Notes: a model not told the origin generated them from the sequence alone. Numbered from the stretch's first letter, positions 9,437 through 19,515 are shown. The stretch: 33,765 nt of DNA from an uncultured Pirellulales bacterium (GCA_964353475.1 CAYGVZ010000001.1:1-33765), one strand, 5' to 3'. Numbers and translations: made by a program.

Positions 9437-10335
9437 ATAGATTTCTTCAAAGGCAGGCCCGTTTTGAACACTCTTGTCTTTTCGGCCTCTATAAGCCGCA
9501 AATCATCTTCGGAGATGTTTGAAACACCCTGCTTTTTCGTTAAAGCTGTCTTACTGCCTACCGCAAATTTCAGCGATTGTGCCACAAATCTGGGCACAAG
9601 CGAAAACAAACCAACCAGGGCAGTTAACCAGGTATCTCTGTTAAATCCGTGCCGACATAAAGTAATTGCCCTGTAATACAAGGCCTCAGACATCTTGGAA
9701 AGTTTTCTTGTATGACCGACATACCTATACAAGTAAAGCACATCGGGCACATTTGAGAAAGTGCTGTGGCGATAAGAACGAAAATACAAATCATATTCAT
9801 GTCCTGCTGTGGGTATCTTTTCGTCCACTCTCCATTTACGCCACCAATCTGTTTTACCCATCAAAGCGCCAAAAGTTAATGGAAACTGGGCCCATGCAAT
9901 ACTGCAAATTTCTTTATGTGTCACAGGAGGACGTCTGACTGCAATTGGACGAAGTTCTTTATCTGTTACAGCACCCCCTGTCCCCAATACATCAACTTGC
10001 GGATTGGCATCCAATGCGTAAAGTTGTTTTTCAAATCGAGTCGAAAACATTAAGTCATCTGCGTCCATACGAGCTATCAGCCGCCCCCTTGCTGAATCAA
10101 TTGCCCTGTTAATACTGGCGCTAACACCTAAATTCTTTTCATTTCTCAAAACAAGAACTCTCGGATCGTCAATGTTTAAAAAAAACTCACCGGAACCATC
10201 TGTTGAGGCGTCATCAACAGCTATAAGCTCCCAATCACTTATAGTTTGGGCAAAAACTGATTGAACCGCAGGCAGTACATAGCTGCCTGCATTATAAACA
10301 GGCATAATAACTGTTATTTCAGGTTTTGCTTTCAT
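9430..10335 (-). CDS. glycosyltransferase family 2
   Basis: 301-aa ORF. Motifs: ITVIMPVYNAGSYVLPAVQSVFAQT...IAVDDASTDGS and RMDADD (DxD), the classic GT-A/GT2 N-terminal domain. Confidence 0.85.
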   Translation of the reverse strand: MKAKPEITVIMPVYNAGSYVLPAVQSVFAQTISDWELIAVDDASTDGSGEFFLNIDDPRVLVLRNEKNLGVSASINRAIDSARGRLIARMDADDLMFSTRFEKQLYALDANPQVDVLGTGGAVTDKELRPIAVRRPPVTHKEICSIAWAQFPLTFGALMGKTDWWRKWRVDEKIPTAGHEYDLYFRSYRHSTFSNVPDVLYLYRYVGHTRKLSKMSEALYYRAITLCRHGFNRDTWLTALVGLFSLVPRFVAQSLKFAVGSKTALTKKQGVSNISEDDLRLIEAEKTRVFKTGLPLKKSIC

Positions 10336-10370
10336 TCCCAGCCTGCTTAAGATAACAAACCTATGCTTTT

Positions 10371-11573
10371 CTATCCTCTACCACCAACTAAGGACAGAGC
10401 TCTCGCCATCCCATTTACCATTTGAAGGATATTATGTTCTCTATGGATAATGTCATACGCATTGTGCGAAAGCTTTTTTCTAAGTCCGTCATCAGTAATA
10501 AGCATAACAATGGTTTTCGCCAAGCATCCGGCATCGTCGTCATTAAATATAAGCCCTGTTTCCTTGTCGCGCACCAGATATGCCTCGGGACCGTGCGACG
10601 ACTTACTGTCTCCAATTATTATGGGAATGCCATACCCGAATGAATGCTGTATAGTTAATCCGGCTGCAGCCGGCATAACCGAAACACGAGATATTAAGAA
10701 GTACTTTGCAATTTCCTCTTCGTCATATAATGAACCTGTAAATTTAACATCAGCTTTCAAATTCAACTCAGCAACAAGATTCTCCAGATTCTGCCGCTCC
10801 GGCCCATCTCCAATGAACACCAGACAAGCAGATGGAACCACCTTTAAGACATCCACCATCGCACGCACTAACAATGCCGGCTTTTTTCGCTTCTGCAACC
10901 GGCTGCAATAAAGCAAAGGTTGTCGGCCAGTCAAGCCTTTTCCCTTGCGAAACTCCTGCAATAATTCATCCGTGATATTTGCCCTGATTCCATCGGAAGT
11001 CAGAGTGTCCAAACTGTTAGGGGCAACAAACAGCTTATGGGGAGCCACCCCTCGCTTAATCCAAAGCTGCCTCGCTTCTTCAGTGTAAAAAATACTGCAA
11101 TCTGCCATTGACATAAGTTGCTTTCTGACCGATGCCCTCAGCTTCGTTTCCGGCCTGGAAATGCCCTGCCCCCATAGACATACTTTCGTTCGACATATAT
11201 GTTTTATTAGAACATTAAACCAGACATCCAGGCCAAGTATGTCATTCGCCAAAACAATAACATCAAACTTCCGCTTTAACGCGGCGATCACGGAAAATGG
11301 CTGAAATGTTATGTAATTGTGTGTAAACGGTATCTTAAAACGCCAAGATTTGATTTCCTGGTGATTGAAATCAGAACTATGTGCTGCTGTCTTCAAAAAA
11401 TGACCTTCATACTCAAACGGAGAACATACTGTTATGTCAAAACCTCCGGTTTTGGAGAGCAACAAAAAAAAACGCTCGCGATAATGCGGGACATACCATT
11501 GGAATATTCCAACTCTAATTTTTTTCTCATCTTCCACGATTGCTCTAACAACAGGGCGTCCTGATATACCCAT
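10371..11573 (-). CDS. glycosyltransferase (GT-B fold, GT4/GT1 family)
   Basis: 400-aa ORF. The C-terminal block GYGIPIIIGDSKSSHGPEAYLVRDKETGLIFNDDD resembles the nucleotide-sugar-binding region of group-1 glycosyltransferases. Confidence 0.75.
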   Translation of the reverse strand: MGISGRPVVRAIVEDEKKIRVGIFQWYVPHYRERFFLLLSKTGGFDITVCSPFEYEGHFLKTAAHSSDFNHQEIKSWRFKIPFTHNYITFQPFSVIAALKRKFDVIVLANDILGLDVWFNVLIKHICRTKVCLWGQGISRPETKLRASVRKQLMSMADCSIFYTEEARQLWIKRGVAPHKLFVAPNSLDTLTSDGIRANITDELLQEFRKGKGLTGRQPLLYCSRLQKRKKPALLVRAMVDVLKVVPSACLVFIGDGPERQNLENLVAELNLKADVKFTGSLYDEEEIAKYFLISRVSVMPAAAGLTIQHSFGYGIPIIIGDSKSSHGPEAYLVRDKETGLIFNDDDAGCLAKTIVMLITDDGLRKKLSHNAYDIIHREHNILQMVNGMARALSLVGGRG

Positions 11574-11584
11574 TCAATTTTATT

Positions 11585-12688
11585 CTAATCATCAAAACCC
11601 AAATCGTCAAGTTTTGATACTCCCGTAGCCCCCCGAACATATGCGATGAAATGCTTGGCCCAGTGTTTAACCCGAGGGTCAAACGCCGGAGGATAGAAAA
11701 CAACAACTCTTGCGTGATCATAGGGGGCGTATCTTTTGGGTCTTTCCGCATACCAGGGAATATTTATCTCAGCACCAAGCTGATACGAGTAAATCAAGTC
11801 ATAATCCCAATCCATCACAAATCGCTGCGCCTTTTTCAGGCCCGGCCTGTAACCCGATGCCAGAGACACCCAGGGTATCACAGCATTAATATCAAGTGTT
11901 TCTGCAAGCTCGACTGTACGCCGAAATTCCTCACGAACGCGCAATATTTCAGGCGGAGTGTATAATGAGCAAGATAGAGACGATTTTATTTCTTTGCCGG
12001 TGAAATAGTCACTTTTACCCCAACCATCGCCACCCCAAATCATACCGACTCCCCTGCCATACCACAGTATTGAAACATCGGGGAAAATGCTTAGAACAAG
12101 CGTATGAACATCATCAAGTGCTTCCCTTATGGCATCGTTCCACCTGTTATCAGCTTCCCTTGTGTGGAAAACTTCCGTGTCCAGCAGAACCGCGGAAACA
12201 TTCACATCGCCTGCGTATTTACTATTGCCCTGTTGAACATAATCATTGAGCTTTTGAAGCTGTAATTTGATAAAATCTAATTCTGCCCGATATGTTGGCC
12301 CTCTGTCCGTAGGAGGTAAATCTTTACCGAATTTATTATGAAATGGACTCAACTGAACAGCTATAGACGATTTAATCTTAGGTTTCAACCTGTTCACACG
12401 CTCACAAATATAGACACAGTTCTCTACGTCTGTGAGAGTCAGGTACTCTCCATGCACGGTCAAACTGTGAGCAATTCTGCAGAACTCATACGCTTTCCGG
12501 TCGTAAGGTTGTGCGATTCGCTCTTTGGGAATGGCGGAAGAGTAGTGCACTTTCGGCAGCGGTTCTAACGCCGTCAGCTTGCTGTCAGTTTCTTCATCTG
12601 TAAGAGTATAATTCGCCCAGGCCGTCTGAAACAAACACTCGATGGCCATCAGCATTTTGCAGGCAATCATTGTCCTATTTTGTTTCAT
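11585..12688 (-). CDS. secreted protein of unknown function
   Basis: 367-aa ORF with an ATG start. N-terminal signal-like MKQNRTMIACKMLMAIECLFQTAWA. I recognise no family. Tightly packed between wzy-like and GT genes (11-nt gap downstream). Confidence 0.6.
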   Translation of the reverse strand: MKQNRTMIACKMLMAIECLFQTAWANYTLTDEETDSKLTALEPLPKVHYSSAIPKERIAQPYDRKAYEFCRIAHSLTVHGEYLTLTDVENCVYICERVNRLKPKIKSSIAVQLSPFHNKFGKDLPPTDRGPTYRAELDFIKLQLQKLNDYVQQGNSKYAGDVNVSAVLLDTEVFHTREADNRWNDAIREALDDVHTLVLSIFPDVSILWYGRGVGMIWGGDGWGKSDYFTGKEIKSSLSCSLYTPPEILRVREEFRRTVELAETLDINAVIPWVSLASGYRPGLKKAQRFVMDWDYDLIYSYQLGAEINIPWYAERPKRYAPYDHARVVVFYPPAFDPRVKHWAKHFIAYVRGATGVSKLDDLGFDD

Positions 12689-12751
12689 TAGCTGATTCTT
12701 TCGGCACGATACTGCCCGACTACACCACTCTCATCCAGGTATGTCCCGTAA

Positions 12752-14149
12752 TCATGCCGGCCGACACCCCGTTACCATCCGACTAAGAGCATTCCAACAT
12801 CCGCACCAGCTTGTGGCTGGCACTTCCTCATCAACCGATGGCAGTTCCACTTCTTCATAGTCATAAAATTGCTCGGCTTCTATGGGCCCCAGCAGGTCTA
12901 TCAAATTGGCGACCACTATAAGCATTACAAGTCCTATGCTGCTGGCTGTGGAAAATACCCCTTCGAACACACCCATTGCACTTATACCAAGCATATACCC
13001 CAGGGCGATACGAGAATATTCTGCCACTTGGGGAATTTGGATGGTGCGGGCCAGATGAAAACTTCTCCACAAATAGTGTGCCAAGAATAAGAGCACTGAT
13101 AACAGACCCAACAGGCCCGTATTGTACCATATTATCAAATAGGCATTATGAAAATTTACATCCATCGTGAACGCCAGAGTTCCGGCCGAACCGATGCCGT
13201 GGCCAAGAAGCCCGGATTCCACACATAATCCCCATGCTATCACCCACATTTCAAATCTTCCCGTAGTCGAAGTGGTAAAAATCCTGTTAACAAGAAATTG
13301 CGCCCTGTCCGGCGCTATTACAAACAACAAACCGACTGTTATTGCCGTTAAAATTGCCACCATACTCCCCAAAAATATAAATCGTACCAATCGGCCCCTC
13401 AGCAATGCTAATGGAGCACATGCTATCATAAGCATTCCCAATATAGCCGACCTCACTCCGCTAAGAATTACCACGAACACAAAAGGTACGGCCAGCAAAA
13501 CACTGACAATACGCCATAGCTTATATCGATTTTGAACTATACCCCAAAAAACCATAGGGGCGAAAAAGGTACCCGCATAAACAACGGCAGTACCACCAAT
13601 ATCTTCACTGGTTGTAAATCGCAAGCGAGCAGAATAAAGAAAATCGCCTACAAATAACATGCTTGTACCAGTCCACGCTGCCGCCGCGAGAATACCCATC
13701 TTAAATAAATTATCTACATTTCTGCAAGAAACTACATAGCTGTTGATAGCCACTGAAACACACAATACAGTTATGAACAGCAGCGCCGCCTGTTGTGCAG
13801 ACCACACAACAAACTCCGACTTGACCACAAACAGAGAACCAAGTAAAACATAAAAAGCAAAAAACAGCATTCCTTTCCCGTAAAACCGCGGCCTTTTGAA
13901 TATTCCAAGTCCCAACAGGGCAAGACAGCCCCAGCGAGCAAGGGTAGCCACAAACACCACTCCTCCCTGGCTAATCGCTCCGACGGAGAACGAAAGGAAT
14001 AGGAGCAGTAACACAAAACCCGTACCTCGCCACAATGCTACCAGGGTAACAATAATGACTGCTACGATTACTATCAGAAAGCCGCCTGCACCAAATGCTT
14101 CTGCAAAACTACGCAGCCGCCCCAAAAAATCAATGCCTACTTCTCGCAT
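12752..14149 (-). CDS. wzy: O-antigen polymerase/ligase-family membrane protein (Wzy-like)
   Basis: 465-aa multi-pass hydrophobic ORF with GVRSAILGMLMIA and GLLGHGIGSAGT blocks reminiscent of the Wzy_C/O-antigen ligase domain. AAGGAG lies 5 nt upstream of the ATG (complement of 14155-14160). Confidence 0.7.
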   Translation of the reverse strand: MREVGIDFLGRLRSFAEAFGAGGFLIVIVAVIIVTLVALWRGTGFVLLLLFLSFSVGAISQGGVVFVATLARWGCLALLGLGIFKRPRFYGKGMLFFAFYVLLGSLFVVKSEFVVWSAQQAALLFITVLCVSVAINSYVVSCRNVDNLFKMGILAAAAWTGTSMLFVGDFLYSARLRFTTSEDIGGTAVVYAGTFFAPMVFWGIVQNRYKLWRIVSVLLAVPFVFVVILSGVRSAILGMLMIACAPLALLRGRLVRFIFLGSMVAILTAITVGLLFVIAPDRAQFLVNRIFTTSTTGRFEMWVIAWGLCVESGLLGHGIGSAGTLAFTMDVNFHNAYLIIWYNTGLLGLLSVLLFLAHYLWRSFHLARTIQIPQVAEYSRIALGYMLGISAMGVFEGVFSTASSIGLVMLIVVANLIDLLGPIEAEQFYDYEEVELPSVDEEVPATSWCGCWNALSRMVTGCRPA

Positions 14150-14376
14150 ATACTCCTTGCCTTATTATGTTACTATATCATATTATCTAAAACTCATTCA
14201 GCGGTTCCGTCGCGATGCAATCACAAGAACACGGCAAAACTATTCCAATCAGAGCAGTCAGCAGTCCCACGTTTCGGTATGTCAGCCATTCAGATGCCGA
14301 ACCTCACCTGCCCGCTAAACCTATGCCGAAAAAACGGCCCCAGCCAGAAAATGCCAATGATTTCAATTGACCTTTC

Positions 14377-15702
14377 TTATGTGACACTTTGTTGAATTTC
14401 TTTAGTCCTCAACAGCGGTTTCCTATAAAATACCCAAATCGCTCCCAAACCCCACAAAATGCCGCTGACAATACTTCCGGCTGCCACAGCCAATGCAGCG
14501 CCTTTCACGGCATAACTCGGTACCAAAAAGATAGATGAGGTCAGAGTCGCAGCCATACTCAAACTGTTGATGATTGGCACCATTCGGATGGTTGCGAACT
14601 TAATCACAATAGGCCGCGAAAGACAAGTAACAGTATCAGCCGGAATGACCCATGACAAAATCCCAAACAATTCTGCCGAGGCCTCGCCAAACTTTGGAAA
14701 CATAATATGACTAATGAAAGGCCCTGACAATTTCAATGCAAAAGGCATTACTGTTATACCAAACAACAACGTCAGGAAATACAACACTTTGCCGCGTACA
14801 GTGAATTGGCCAACAGAAGAGTACCTGGATATCATATTCAGAAGCAATCCCCCCAGGCACGTTACAGGAACCGAGAACATGAACATAACGCTGGTTGCTG
14901 CGACAAGGTCCGCTGTGTCTCCGTACGAATGGGTAACGCTTAAAATAATCCTGTTCAGATAAGGCCCGGACAATACTATTACTCCCGCTATTGCCATTTG
15001 AAACCAAACCGTCTTTAGAACTCTTCCCATCTCCGGGTTGTACGAAGTTTGATACCGTTCTCTATAACACATCCAAACAGCTGCATACGTTATCGTATTG
15101 CCAGCAGCAAACCCCCATGCCAAACCGATTGCGCCGCCCACTAAAACGCCTGCAAGGCCGCAAAGCAAAACACTCGCTGAACGCAATAGAGACCACAACG
15201 CCTGCCCACGAAATCTGCGATTAAATCGATTCTCTGCAAGAATCAGCAAGAACTGGTTTTCGGGGTACAGCGATATGACCAGTGGAAACAGGTAATTGAG
15301 TACCTCCCACGGCGCCAATTTGTTTACGCCGGTTACAGCTATAACTAAGAACGCCAGAGCAACAATAACAGCCATTGCCAAACGACACATTCGCAATGCT
15401 GTTCCACATAACTGCGCCCTTTGCCATTCGGGATAATCCGAAAGATGCTTGAGCAATCCCATTGCCAAGCCATTTCCCGGCTGAGTCCCAAGAATCAGAG
15501 CTACGCTCAGCGCTGTCATAAAAACGCCAAACTGCTCTTTGCCGACGAAATACGCTGCTAATGGGAAAAGCACTAAACGCGGCACCGCTAATGTCGCCGC
15601 CTGCTCGGCAAACATCCACAAAACATAGCCCGCATCGCGCCTTAACCACTTTATCTGATTTTTTATAGAAAGCTTAATATCTATTCTTTGACCAACAATC
15701 AT
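14377..15702 (-). CDS. wzx: polysaccharide flippase (MOP/Wzx-like)
   Basis: 441-aa ORF with roughly a dozen hydrophobic segments by eye. Position next to the Wzy-like gene and glycosyltransferases fits a Wzx flippase. The family call rests on topology and context. Confidence 0.65.
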   Translation of the reverse strand: MIVGQRIDIKLSIKNQIKWLRRDAGYVLWMFAEQAATLAVPRLVLFPLAAYFVGKEQFGVFMTALSVALILGTQPGNGLAMGLLKHLSDYPEWQRAQLCGTALRMCRLAMAVIVALAFLVIAVTGVNKLAPWEVLNYLFPLVISLYPENQFLLILAENRFNRRFRGQALWSLLRSASVLLCGLAGVLVGGAIGLAWGFAAGNTITYAAVWMCYRERYQTSYNPEMGRVLKTVWFQMAIAGVIVLSGPYLNRIILSVTHSYGDTADLVAATSVMFMFSVPVTCLGGLLLNMISRYSSVGQFTVRGKVLYFLTLLFGITVMPFALKLSGPFISHIMFPKFGEASAELFGILSWVIPADTVTCLSRPIVIKFATIRMVPIINSLSMAATLTSSIFLVPSYAVKGAALAVAAGSIVSGILWGLGAIWVFYRKPLLRTKEIQQSVT

Positions 15703-15886
15703 CTATATCTCTGAACATTCAAATATCCGACCATCTCGCTACAGATTTTCTACTCGCTGCGTTTGTTTCCGAGCAGATTTGCAACAACTGCGGCATCGAC
15801 AAATGTCCGTCTCGCTCTCTCGAGTCCGTCCGACTGCAATTACAAAAGCAAAATTCCGGTGATAGCAACCTTCCGGCTCCTGCGAC

Positions 15887-16978
15887 CTACGCTTCACCTA
15901 TGACCTTCGCAATCCTCTCGGCTGCCTTGCCGTCCCACAACTCGGGGACACGGCTCTTATACGAATCCCGCCTGCTCATAATCTCACGATAGTTTTTTAC
16001 AATGCTGTCGGCAGTAACCTTCACCAGCCGGTTCGTGCCCTCGGTAATTGTTACGGGCCTCTCGGTGTTGTCCCGCAGCGTCATACAGGGCACTCCCAGA
16101 ACTGTAGTTTCCTCCTGGATGCCCCCTGAATCGGTAAGCACAATCGCCGCGTTGCTCATCAGGCACAGAAAATCCAGGTATCCGACCGGCTCAAGCAGAA
16201 GCAGGTTGTTCATCGCTTCGACTCGTTTCTCAAGCGTGCTGGCCCTGATATTACTGCGAGTGCGCGGATGCACCGGGAATACAAGCTTCATATCCTTCTG
16301 GATTTCCTCGAATGCGGTGATAATCTGTCCGAATCGCTGCATATCATCAACATTGCTTGGTCGATGTAGCGTTATAACGGCAAAGTCCCCGGCAAGCCCC
16401 AATCTGCCGAGAACATCTGACTGCTGCGCCCTTGCCTTGTACGCGAGAAGATTGTCTATCATCACGTTGCCCACAAAGTGCACTTTGTTTGAGTCGATGC
16501 CTTCGTTCCGCAGATTGTCAACGCCTGACCGCTCTGTTACAAAAAGCAGGTCGCTTAGCGCATCGGTCAGGACACGATTTACCTCTTCAGGCATAGTACG
16601 GTCAAAGCTGCGCAGCCCCGCTTCGACATGGATAAGCTTGATGCCCAGCTTGACGGCAACCAGGCCGCACGCAATGGTGCTGTTGACGTCGCCGACCACA
16701 AGAACGTAATCGGGCTTGTACTTGACAACAACCGGCTCAAACCGTTTCATTATTTCCGCCGTCTGAGCGGCATGACTGCCGGACCCCACCTCAAGATTGA
16801 CATCAGGACGGGGTATCCCCAGTTCCTCAAAGAACAGCTTGCTCATATTGTCGTCATAGTGCTGCCCTGTATGGACGACAAAGGTCTCAAAGCACCCTTT
16901 CTTCTCAAAGGCCTTTGCCAGGGGCGCTATCTTCATAAAGTTCGGCCGGGCACCGCATACACACAGGATTCTTATCAT
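15887..16978 (-). CDS. wecB: UDP-N-acetylglucosamine 2-epimerase (non-hydrolysing)
   Basis: 363-aa ORF. Motifs: MIRILCVCGARPNFMKIAPL, HTGQHYD and TDSGGIQEE, all hallmark WecB/MnaA blocks. Confidence 0.9.
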   Translation of the reverse strand: MIRILCVCGARPNFMKIAPLAKAFEKKGCFETFVVHTGQHYDDNMSKLFFEELGIPRPDVNLEVGSGSHAAQTAEIMKRFEPVVVKYKPDYVLVVGDVNSTIACGLVAVKLGIKLIHVEAGLRSFDRTMPEEVNRVLTDALSDLLFVTERSGVDNLRNEGIDSNKVHFVGNVMIDNLLAYKARAQQSDVLGRLGLAGDFAVITLHRPSNVDDMQRFGQIITAFEEIQKDMKLVFPVHPRTRSNIRASTLEKRVEAMNNLLLLEPVGYLDFLCLMSNAAIVLTDSGGIQEETTVLGVPCMTLRDNTERPVTITEGTNRLVKVTADSIVKNYREIMSRRDSYKSRVPELWDGKAAERIAKVIGEA

Positions 16979-17023
16979 TGCTCTCCTTCTCGAATCAGAT
17001 GACCACCTGCCAAACCACCGCGT

Positions 17024-17977
17024 TCAATGGCCGCTAACAATAATCCGCAGTGTCTCATTCAGACCCGATTTCGGCTGCCAGCCGACTGTCCGCTTGATTT
17101 TCTCTAAACAAGGCACCCTTCGCATCATATCCTCGATGGGTCGGCCGTAAGCCGTCTCGTAAGGTATGTACTGCTTCCTGCTTTTGCTGCCTGTTATGTC
17201 GATTATCCGCTCGGCGAGCGCGTCAACGCTGATTTCCTCATCCGAGCCGACGTTAAACACGCCGCCCACGGCCTGCTCGCAGTTGATTAACCGGATAATT
17301 GCGTCAACAACATCGCCAACATAGCAGAAACATCGCGTCTGTTTGCCCGTGCCGTAAATTTGGATTGGCTGATTCTTAATCGCCTTTTCCACGAATCGCG
17401 GCACAACCATCCCGTATCGGCCGGTCTGCCTGGGGCCGATTGTGTTAAAGAACCGCCCAATAACAACCGGCAGCCCGTATTGCTGATGATACGCAAAACC
17501 CAGAAACTCATCTATCGCCTTGCTGCACGCATACGACCACCGGGACACGGTCGTGCTGCCCAGCACAATGTCGTCGTCTTCACTAAAGGGCACCGCTTCG
17601 TTCTTGCCGTAAACTTCACTGCTTGAGGCCAGCAGGATTTTCCTGCCGAATTTGTTTGCCGCTTCGAGTACCACCTCGGTGCCGGCGATATTTGTCTCTA
17701 TCGTGTGCACCGGCTTATCGGCAATCAGTTGAACGCCCACGGCCGCCGCCAGGTGAAAAACACATTCAACTCGCCCGGTCAGCGACTCCATCAACCCCGC
17801 ATTGTGGATGTCTCCTTCAACAAATTCAAACCGGCTCTGCCCCCTCAAACCTTCGATATTCCCCATACTGCCGGTGCTGAGATTATCGACGACAACCACT
17901 TCGTCGCCGTCCCGAAGCAGCCGCTCAGCAAGATAAGAACCAATGAACCCGGCTCCGCCCGTAATCAGTGCTTTCAT
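17024..17977 (-). CDS. NAD-dependent nucleotide-sugar epimerase/dehydratase (extended SDR)
   Basis: 317-aa ORF. Motifs: MKALITGGAGFIGSYLAERLL (GxxGxxG), SSSEVYG and YACSK (catalytic Y-x3-K). GGTGGAGA lies directly upstream of the ATG. First gene of the polysaccharide locus. Confidence 0.85.
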   Translation of the reverse strand: MKALITGGAGFIGSYLAERLLRDGDEVVVVDNLSTGSMGNIEGLRGQSRFEFVEGDIHNAGLMESLTGRVECVFHLAAAVGVQLIADKPVHTIETNIAGTEVVLEAANKFGRKILLASSSEVYGKNEAVPFSEDDDIVLGSTTVSRWSYACSKAIDEFLGFAYHQQYGLPVVIGRFFNTIGPRQTGRYGMVVPRFVEKAIKNQPIQIYGTGKQTRCFCYVGDVVDAIIRLINCEQAVGGVFNVGSDEEISVDALAERIIDITGSKSRKQYIPYETAYGRPIEDMMRRVPCLEKIKRTVGWQPKSGLNETLRIIVSGH

Positions 17978-18441
17978 TCTCCACCTGTCATCAACGCTGG
18001 TAGCTCCCTGCCGGAATAGGAAATAGTAAATAGAAGATCGAAAATCCTACTTGGACTCCGTCCCCGTCGGCTGCGCCGAACTGACTGCGCAGCACACCTC
18101 GTCACGGCAGATTATCTGTAATGGCCAAGCCCGCACAAAGAATATTCCGACACATTATGTTGCCGGCAGAAAAAGACCCGCCCTGCTACATATTTTCCTG
18201 TGCGAAATGGATATCGTCACAATATCATAAGTTTCGACAGAATAAGGACATAGCTTTAGAAATGGCAATCACTGTCCGCCTCTATCGCACGCCGCAATGC
18301 TATACGGCCTGACTATAGCAGCAGTTCAGCGCGATATTGCTCTGGCGCCAAATGCCTTGATGCGTCCGCGGCACTGAAAAAAGTATTATTATAGGGCCTG
18401 CGTGCGGCGTCCGTAATCAGGGGCAGTAACGGCTCTGGGGT

Positions 18442-19515
18442 TCAGTGCGGCTGGCACCGTACGCAGTCAATCATCGCCAGATAGTTCTCGTAGGGTATGT
18501 ATTCCGGCACGCTGTTGCCGGTACCGAGGGCATAGCCGCCCCGCCCGGCTACCCTTGCGAGCATCGCGTTACAGCGCTCTGTTATCTGTGCAGGAGTTGA
18601 CCGGCAAATGAAATCCACGTCAACGCCGCCAAGTATGGCGATTCGCCCGCCCCAGCGCTCGTATGCCTGCTCAACGGGGACAATCGTATCCTCAAACGAA
18701 TGTTTCGCATCGTACTTCATATAGTCGATGATGTCGTCCATCACCTGGTTGAGGTTGCCGCACGAATGCAGTATCGCGGGCTTGCCCGCCGAATGAATCG
18801 CCTCAACTATTCTCCTGTGCCAGGGGAATACAAGACGGCGCATATCCGTCGGCGAAAGCATCGTCCCCGTCTTGAATCCCCAGTCATCGTTTGATATCAA
18901 CGCCCCCACTGCCTCGTAGGGCGCACATATCTCGTAATAACGCAGTAGCCGTTGCCCGACTGCATCGAACACGTCGCGCACAAGCTCGGGTTCGTCCGTC
19001 AGCAGCATGCATAGACGCTCAAAGCCGACCAGCGCAATGGCGTTTTCCAAAACGCCACCCGGGCCATAAACAATCAGCTTCATCCCGACAGGCAGCATAT
19101 CCTTTGCGTGTAACAGACGGGAGTAGTCCATCCTGTCCGGCTCCGGCCAGGAATATGACTGGAATGTTGAGCGGTCATAAATCATATTCCCGGCGTTGAG
19201 GGAAATCGTCTTTTTCTTTTCGATTTCGCCGCCGGGAAAAACCATATCGCAGCCATAACAGGTAACGTAGTCATACCCAGCCCTTTGAAACGCCTCAATA
19301 ATGACCGGATCGAGAGCGCCCCATTTCCAGTCCACACCCTCCTGGCCGAGAACCCTGCCGGTGAGCTTCTCGTAGAACGGGCCGTTAAGGAAAAACTCAA
19401 AAAGGGTCGGCCGCGATGGCACTTCACGCCGTAACACGCTCAGAAGGTTTTGAAAGTCGCACTTACTCATCCAATCCTCAACACACGCCGTTTTCGTGTT
19501 CGACTGCGATGACAA
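18442..19515 (-). CDS. uroporphyrinogen decarboxylase (URO-D/MtaA-like) family protein
   Basis: 357-aa ORF. The C-terminal RIAILGGVDVDFI...GGYALGTGNSVPEYIPYENYLAM resembles URO-D-family proteins. By-eye call. Confidence 0.65.
   Translation of the reverse strand: MSSQSNTKTACVEDWMSKCDFQNLLSVLRREVPSRPTLFEFFLNGPFYEKLTGRVLGQEGVDWKWGALDPVIIEAFQRAGYDYVTCYGCDMVFPGGEIEKKKTISLNAGNMIYDRSTFQSYSWPEPDRMDYSRLLHAKDMLPVGMKLIVYGPGGVLENAIALVGFERLCMLLTDEPELVRDVFDAVGQRLLRYYEICAPYEAVGALISNDDWGFKTGTMLSPTDMRRLVFPWHRRIVEAIHSAGKPAILHSCGNLNQVMDDIIDYMKYDAKHSFEDTIVPVEQAYERWGGRIAILGGVDVDFICRSTPAQITERCNAMLARVAGRGGYALGTGNSVPEYIPYENYLAMIDCVRCQPH

Noticed and set aside
18121-18312. 63-aa plus-strand ORF in the 464-bp leader of the polysaccharide locus
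   Set aside because: It has no SD and odd composition, and it points away from any partner gene. The spacer more likely holds the locus promoter and leader.
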